A DNA stretch of 64,000 nt. Source: Utricularia gibba. Lineage: Eukaryota > Plantae > Magnoliophyta. The DNA lies in contig CM007990.1 of NCBI GenBank assembly GCA_002189035.1, positions 930,001 to 994,000 of the forward strand, read 5' to 3'. This document shows, one piece after another, positions 57,032 to 64,000 of the stretch (within the stretch, counting starts at the first letter, position 1; each line of letters starts with the position of its first letter). The position numbers and the translations under genes were made by a program. The notes under the pieces were generated by a model. The model saw only the letters and a list, made by a program, of their open reading frames with translations. It was not told where the DNA came from and did not search any database.

Positions 57032-59873
57032 ATGGTGAGGGGATTGCTGGGGAAGCTAGCTGCTCGATCTCTCTCGGCAGCCGGGAAGTGGCAGCAACAG
57101 CAGCTTAGACGCCTCAATATACATGAATATCAGGTTTCTTGTCACGTTCACTCGTCGGAGATCGATAAATGGATCCTAGGATCATGCTTGTTTGCCTAGG
57201 TTTTGTTTTCTGTATTGAGTCAATTCCAAGGGCGTAATATGGTTTTATGTCTGATTACGATTCATTTTATTATTGTTCCATGGTTTCTGAGGGCACATCG
57301 GACCCGGCTCTGGCCAAAAAATTTTATTTAATTTTACGTGGTATCAGGGAGCTGAGTTGATGAAAAAGCATGGTATCAACGTTCCAAGAGGTGTTGCAGT
57401 TGTTTCTGTCGATGAAGTCAAGAAGGCATTGAGTGAAGTGTTTCCAAACCATAGCGAGGTTGTAGAAAAAATTCAACTCCACAGTCTCTGATTCAATAAT
57501 TAGCATGCTTTTTGTCCATTTCCTGGGTTTTTAATGTGCCTTTACATATGGTTTGATGTGAGGAAGTGCTTATTTGCAGGTAGTCGTTAAGTCTCAAATC
57601 CTGGCTGGTGGGAGAGGGCTGGGAACATTCAAAAGTGGGCTTCAAGGTGGAGTTCATATTGTGAAGGCTGAACAAGTTCAAGAGATAGCTGGTATGGCTG
57701 AGAACATTTTTATATTGTTCAGAATTTCATGAAGTTTTTAGTTCAGTATATTTGTATTCTGCCTTGGAAGAGAAGGTTACAATGGTTCTTTTATCCTTGG
57801 TTGAGGAAATAGAGATGCAACGGACATAAGATAGAAAATAGAAGTTATTGTTTTTCTTGTTCACTGGATCATATGATGACCCATTGTGTTGGATAGTTTT
57901 ATTCTGAAATTTCATCTGAGTCGATCATTAATGGTGTTCACTGGAGTTCATAATATAATCCAGTCGACTGAACATTCTAGGATATGAACTAATGCCTTTG
58001 AGTGTTTTCAGGAAAGATGCTTGGGCAGATACTTGTTACTAAGCAAACAGGACCTCAAGGAAAAATTGTCAGCAAGGTATCCCCTGTTGGTGTGTTTTCT
58101 TGGTGTTGTGTGTGCTTAATCCGTGTTATGGGCTGATAAGAATGTATTTTTAATATGTCCTTTCAGGTCTATTTGGCTGAGAAATTATCACTTGTGAACG
58201 AGATGTATTTTGCTATCACTCTTGATCGCATTAGTGCTGGCCCAGTAAGTCCCTTGTGATCCGAAGGGTTTTCCACGAATCCCAGTGTATACTGAAATTT
58301 TTTTTCAACCTAGATGCTTTTCTTTCCTGAGTACAACTAAAACATAATTTTTTTTCAACGGCAACCTAGTACAACTAAATTATAATGGTCTTTAGTGGTA
58401 CAATACTCCTCTGAAGAAAATTTAGTTCTTCATCTGTTCTCGCAGATCATTATTGCTTGCAAAAAGGGTGGAACTAGCATTGAAGATCTTGCTGAGAAAC
58501 ATCCCGAACTGATTGTAAAGGTCAGATACATTTCATGGGTCAAAAATTTCCCAGTGTTCAGAACGGTTATTTCTTGCAAGTGGAGTGGCTTTTGCTGATG
58601 TAGTTCTACATTTTTCGTGTTTCCAGGTGCCTATTGATGTATTCACAGGAATTACTGACGAGGACGCAGCAAAGGTAGTTGATGGATTGTCACCCACCGT
58701 GGCAGACAGGAATGCTTCAATTGAACAAGTGAAGAAATTATATGAACTCTTCTGCAAATGCGACTGCACTCTTTTGGAGGTAATAATTTTGTTTTACGTC
58801 TTATTGCCATTGGAAATATGTTTCCTATTAATACTAAAAGTTTTTATTTTGGATGAGCCTGCATGAACTTAAACTGCTTCATTGAATGTGATCAATGACA
58901 GATTAACCCTATAGCAGAGACATCTGATAGCCAGTTGGTTGCTGCTGATGCAAAACTTAATTTCGATGACAATGCTTCTTTTCGTCAAAAAGACATATTT
59001 GCTCTCCGTGATCCTACACAGGAGGATCCTCGTGAGGTATTGCTGGATTGTTTGCATTTTCAGTGTGTGTTCTTGACTAAATGCATAATCCACTTGTATG
59101 TTCAGGTTGCTGCAGCGAAAGCTGACCTGAATTATATTGGTTTGGATGGTGAAATCGGATGCATGGTTAATGGTGCTGGACTAGCCATGGCAACTATGGA
59201 TATAATTAAACTGCATGGTGGAACTCCTGCCAATTTTCTTGATGTTGGCGGAAATGCCTCCGAAGGCCAGGTCATTGCGCTTTTTAATATGCAATTAAAT
59301 TCCATAATTCTTATTTCACCCTTCTGCCAGCTTTGTCGCCCATATGGTCATCTATTCCATATTCTTCTTTTCATATCGAACAGGTTGTAGAAGCATTTAA
59401 AATTTTAACCTCAGATGACAAAGTGAAGGCTATTCTCGTGAATATTTTTGGTGGAATAATGAAGTGTGACGTTATAGCAAGCGGGATCGTGAATGCTGCT
59501 AAACAGGTACAAAGATCTTTGCGAGCTTGTCATTAACGCCTCTCCAGCATGGTGAAACTTTGGAATTGAAGCCTAGGTTTCATGAGTTCTGGGCTATATT
59601 TTTTGTTGTCTCAGGTGAATCTGAAAGTTCCAGTGGTTGTCCGCCTGGAAGGAACCAATGTTGACCAAGGGAAGAGAATTCTCAAGGTAATACCGAAATA
59701 CAATTCCAAAATGGAATACACCATCAAAAAGCATACATGTATACATAGAGAGACATACGTTCATCTAATGACTTGATTGTCACGTTTGATATCAGGAAAG
59801 CGGCATGACTTTAATCACTGCCGAAGATCTGGATGATGCAGCTGAGAAAGCAGTCAAGGCCGCAGTTAACTAA
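57032..59873 (+). CDS. SUCLA2: Succinate-CoA ligase [ADP-forming] subunit beta, mitochondrial
   Basis: Presequence followed by [66 protein letters not shown] and VVVRLEGTN. All junctions are in phase. Confidence 0.97.
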
Positions 59874-60150
59874 TTCTTCACACCGCACTCATCTTGATGT
59901 TTACTGGTCTTACCACCGTTTTGATAAGAAAAACACACGAGCTGATGAATGAATTACTTATCGGCCTGAAAGGTTAACACTTGAAATTTCCATTGATTTG
60001 GTCTTTGTTTGGATCCATTCTATTTCTGTGCTACATGCAGATTGTTTTCCTTACAAAATTCTGACTCCCTTTGAGATTAGGAGAACTATCTACCCAAATA
60101 AGGTATAGAATTTGAGAAAAACCACATGAACTTAAGAATATGGTTCAGTC

Positions 60151-60989
60151 TCAGCTATCAGGTAGCGGTTGCTGTTCCTCGTTTGTTAAACCAGCAGCCG
60201 AGTCCTTCGTGCTTACAGAGCGTGAGGTTCCGCTTTCAGCATCTCTTGGCTTCTTTTTTCGGGTCTTCTTTGGGATCTCAGGCAGGTCACTTAGGGGCTC
60301 AGGTACAGGGCTGAGTTCGGCCGACAGCCGAGCAGCTCGTATACTGTCTTCTGATGAATCCTTGGAGGTGATTCGTCTAGAATGACGGGACTTTGTTGAC
60401 CCCTCTTTCTTCTTGATGGAATCACCATCGGCCTCGCCATGGCGACGCCGGGATGACCTCGACCCTTCAGATGAATCCCTCCTCCTTGGTTTGCCGCCGC
60501 TGCTGCTGCTCCTCAAATCTAAAGCATTTCTTTGGCATTCTATTCAAAAAAATTTGAACACCTTGCCTTTGTGGATGCAGACAGGGGGCGAATGAATGGA
60601 ATGTGCCTACCTATTTCAACCTTGTTGTCTCCGGTGGATGCTGGAGTCTCCGATGGGCATTTGAATCCTTCCATCTGCACCATGTTGACACGGTGAAGCC
60701 GTGTCGAGAAAGGCGAAAGCCAGATAGTTTGTCTAAACTAGATATATGCGCACCCAACTAGAAGGGGAGTCAACAGAGGAGGGTCCATCCCACCCAATAT
60801 GAGCAACATGCTTTACATCTGTAGGGAGGCCAATCTGCATCTCTTCTTCCTTCTCTTCCTCTGCATCAGAAACCTGAAGCATGACGCCATTGCGGTGGAG
60901 CAAAGACGACGACGACGAAGAAGAAGCTCACCAAACATATGAGAAATGTATCTGAGGCCTCTGAAGAGACCCTTCATCTTGGTCCCCAT
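60151..60989 (-). CDS. RIC: ROP-interactive CRIB motif-containing protein (RIC1/RIC7 type)
   Basis: [19 protein letters not shown]|[27 protein letters not shown] (CRIB motif), followed by a Ser/Arg-rich low-complexity tail. Confidence 0.88.
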
Positions 60990-61476
60990 GCTCTCTGTGC
61001 CTTTCTTGCCTGAATGCACTAACCTGGAGATGCCTGAATCCGTGCATGAGCTGATTTGAGCTGCTATGAGAGGAAACTCGTATCGGCTTGAGATCGAATC
61101 TTTGATCCAACAGGAGAATTCTTTTGATTGGATTCAACGAGAGGCTGTCTATCCATGGAATGGTTGTTTGAGGAAGAGAGGAAATGAAGGGGATTCTGAT
61201 TAGGCAGGCAGGAAAGGGAAAATGGTGCCTGTGCTTTAGAGCCTTCCGTTTCTAAGAGGCAAACACAAGGCAACCACCCAAACTAACCTCCCTTTTGTGA
61301 ATGCAACAAGTTTTCACCAAATGTACCATGAATTGCAAAATCAGTCTTATAAGCCTGATACACTCACAGTCGACTGATCAAAGCAATCAAAGCAGACCCT
61401 TGAGTTGCTTCAGGAACCAGTTTTCGACATTTATTGGTTATGGAGGCAGAGGCCAGACATAGTTTACGGTAGACAT

Positions 61477-62669
61477 CTAAGATGCCTTGAGAGCATCCAT
61501 GCCAATGCTAGCCTGCAGAGTGAAGGAAAAAGAGCCATTGAACATTGGATTATAATCATTTTGGAAATTCTGGTATTCCTGCAACTCATCATATGCAAGA
61601 AATCTTACCAAGAACTTGTGGTTCTCCTCAAGAAATGGGGAGAAAGTGCAGCAGAACTTCTCCATATCACCATTAACATCACCAGATCCACCCACCACAT
61701 CTAGGAATTTCTTCCTGTCAGGAGCAAGCTTCATGGCAATCTGTCACATGTAAAAGAACCCAATGAGCACCCATGGTGCGGTGCGGTGCTGACTCCGATG
61801 GATCGGAAGGAAAGGAATCCTATTTGATTGCTCACCGTGAAGCTTGAACTGGCCAGCCAGCCATGCCATTGTTTCAGAGTCTTACTGTAGGAATCTGCGC
61901 ATGCTTGAGACAAGCTCCAGTCCTGATGCAGAAACAGATTCCTGAACAGCTCTAACAAGAAATCCATTGCCCTACATCATTCACACAAGAGAAAAGGATC
62001 ATGGCAGCTCTGAGGTAACTAGACATTGGTGATTTCCACCTTGTCAGCCACAGAAGTCCATTTGTACAACTCGAGGAGCCCTTGGCAGTTCTTTCATCTT
62101 CTTCTTGCACCATAGAGTATAAGTGGTTGTACTTCGTTGGATTTGAAGCATACTTGTTCTCTAATCTCTGCAAAACTCATGTATGACAATGTTTACAGGA
62201 TTCAATATTAGACACCTGAGTCAAAAAATGATGCTTATGTCTCAAGATGAAATGTATTCGAAACGAATAGCGAACCGTTATGTTGCCCCCAATATCAGAC
62301 TTCACAAGGACCATTGCGGATCCGAACTTATCTGCAGACATCCAAAACTAAAAACATAAAGCAGAGAGCTTAATAAATCCCATTGAAAAGGCAGATAGTT
62401 TTCATAATCTTCTCAGTTTTTCATTGTGAAACACCATTCTCCACTCATCTTAGATCTTCCAAGCTAGAAACTTAACACTCCCACACCCTTTTCAGAGAAG
62501 GTAGGAAGTATATGAAAGTGAAATGAAGATGGAATCAACTCCTGAACATACCTATAACTGGGAGGATAAGCTTGCAGACATCTAAGAACTGTTTAGTCAG
62601 AATCACTCCATCTTCTGACTTGACATGCTTCATTCCTTCCAGTGCAGGAGTGAAAGCTGTGCCTTCCAT
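61477..62669 (-). CDS. GLTP1: Glycolipid transfer protein 1
   Basis: MEGTAFTPALEGMKHVKS, DKFGSAMVLVKSDIGGNIT|RLE, SSCTNGLLWLTR|AMDFL, WHGWLASSSF and MKLAPDRKKF. Confidence 0.93.
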
Positions 62670-64000
62670 TATGTGCTTAGCTTCACAAATTACCCTTCAA
62701 GAACACAAGCAGTTCATAACATTTCTGCCCACAATTAAGACTAAACAGATGGTCTCCAGAAGAATAGCCGCAACACAACAAAGTCAAGACACGAGTGCCC
62801 TGATCCAGATTTTTTCAATCACATTTTTCGCGATTATTGGGAATCGAGGATAGTTGATCAAAATCTTCGCATTAAATAGTAAACACCCAAAAGATAACAT
62901 CGTGAAAAAATCATAAAAATCGCATCTTTCGTGATCAGAGAAACTGGAACATAAAGGAACTAGGTGAAGATCCGTACTCAGTGCGAAGATCTAGCAAAAA
63001 CACCACCAAGAACACAAACGGGTCGCGTCGCCGGCTTGTGGTTTTGATTCGGTTTCAGTCAACTTTCAAAGTGCATTTCTTTTTCCTATATTCTTCTGCT
63101 CCTTTATTCTATTCCAAGAGGCAAGAAATAACTTTGTTTAAAAAGGCAATAAACCTACATTTCCTTTCCCGTGGTTGTCTGGGAGCAATTCAGAAGCGTT
63201 CTCCATCGATAGATTTCTGTATTTGTTCGAAGAAAAATTGAACCTTTCATTTCATCAGTAATTTTTCTTCCTACGTGCAGGGGAAGATGCCCCTTTTAGC
63301 GATATCACGGTTCTGAAGATGATGCATGATCAACTTCCTCCCATTGGAAGGGGCACCTTTTGTTCCTTTTTTTGCAGAATGCCATTGTTCCAGCATAACG
63401 ATACGAGCCTGAGCAGACAAAAGAGCAGCAACCCTGTACCCAGATCAGCTGATTGCATAACGTTGGCTTCACCGTTCAGTGCAGCCATTTATCTTACCAT
63501 GGCAGTTACACAGCTGCATCTCGGATAGAACCCAAGTGCTAGTTAGGCGAGTGAGTCTCCATTTAAAAGTTTCAAGGTGAATCTGTGTTTGTACACGTGA
63601 AACTCAAATCCAATGAGTTGAATGCTATCTGGAGATCAGATGGTTCGGTATTTGTTTTTCTAGATACAAGATGTTGTCGTCATCAGCTTGTCTTTTTACA
63701 TACCAATAAGACTATCGATTTCTTGACTCGTACGAAGTTTGGTTCCAAAGATGACGAGAAAACATAAAACTTGTGAAGACACAAAAGGAAACAGATGACA
63801 GGATGAGCACGAGAAGCTTCCTAAAACAGAACGAGTTGCGGAAGAAGATGCATTGTACCTGAATACTCTTGTTATAACTACCTACAAGACATGTTAGAGA
63901 AATTTGTAGCTTCTCAAGGAACCTTAATCAATCATCGCACCCGCCCGCGTGTCTGCGCACTATATATCTGCGCCCCCACACACGCAATCCATCCCCAGAA

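Noticed and set aside
62085-62125. GLTP1 segment VQEEDERTAK appears one residue shorter than homologues I recall
   Set aside because: It is in frame and lies in a variable loop, so it is not a lesion.

Overview
This is eukaryotic nuclear DNA from a flowering plant with a compact genome (short GT-AG introns, about 19 protein-coding genes plus one pseudogene in 64 kb, AT-rich intergenic gaps). It is probably not a grass, because it carries a SIG4-type plastid sigma factor (inference). The ORF track mostly shows exon fragments, so I built spliced models by hand. In order: a conserved unknown protein, BPS1-like, SMC5, SIG4, an FRG1-like mini-protein, a decayed OCT1-like transporter pseudogene, REVEILLE, HDG11/ROC8-type HD-ZIP IV, glutamate decarboxylase, MYB52/54-like, NRDE2, a TPR protein, BT1/2, a SIP-type GH36 alpha-galactosidase, a small membrane protein, RGLG, an orphan multi-pass membrane protein, succinyl-CoA ligase beta, a RIC CRIB protein and GLTP1. 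I found no CRISPR array, rRNA, tRNA or autonomous transposon, and no clearly new multi-gene system. The best leads are: (i) several otherwise intact genes broken by 1-2 nt indels in short homopolymers, which could be assembly error or recent knock-outs; (ii) a hidden 92-aa transit-peptide-like extension of the alpha-galactosidase; (iii) a decayed copy of succinyl-CoA ligase intron 1/exon 2 that has been split by a Tourist-like MITE and lies beside a hairpin element; (iv) a GC-AG intron and a 3'-UTR stem-loop in the HD-ZIP IV gene; (v) a 334-bp SMC5/SIG4 divergent promoter with E2F and evening elements. All family calls come from motif recognition, not database searches.
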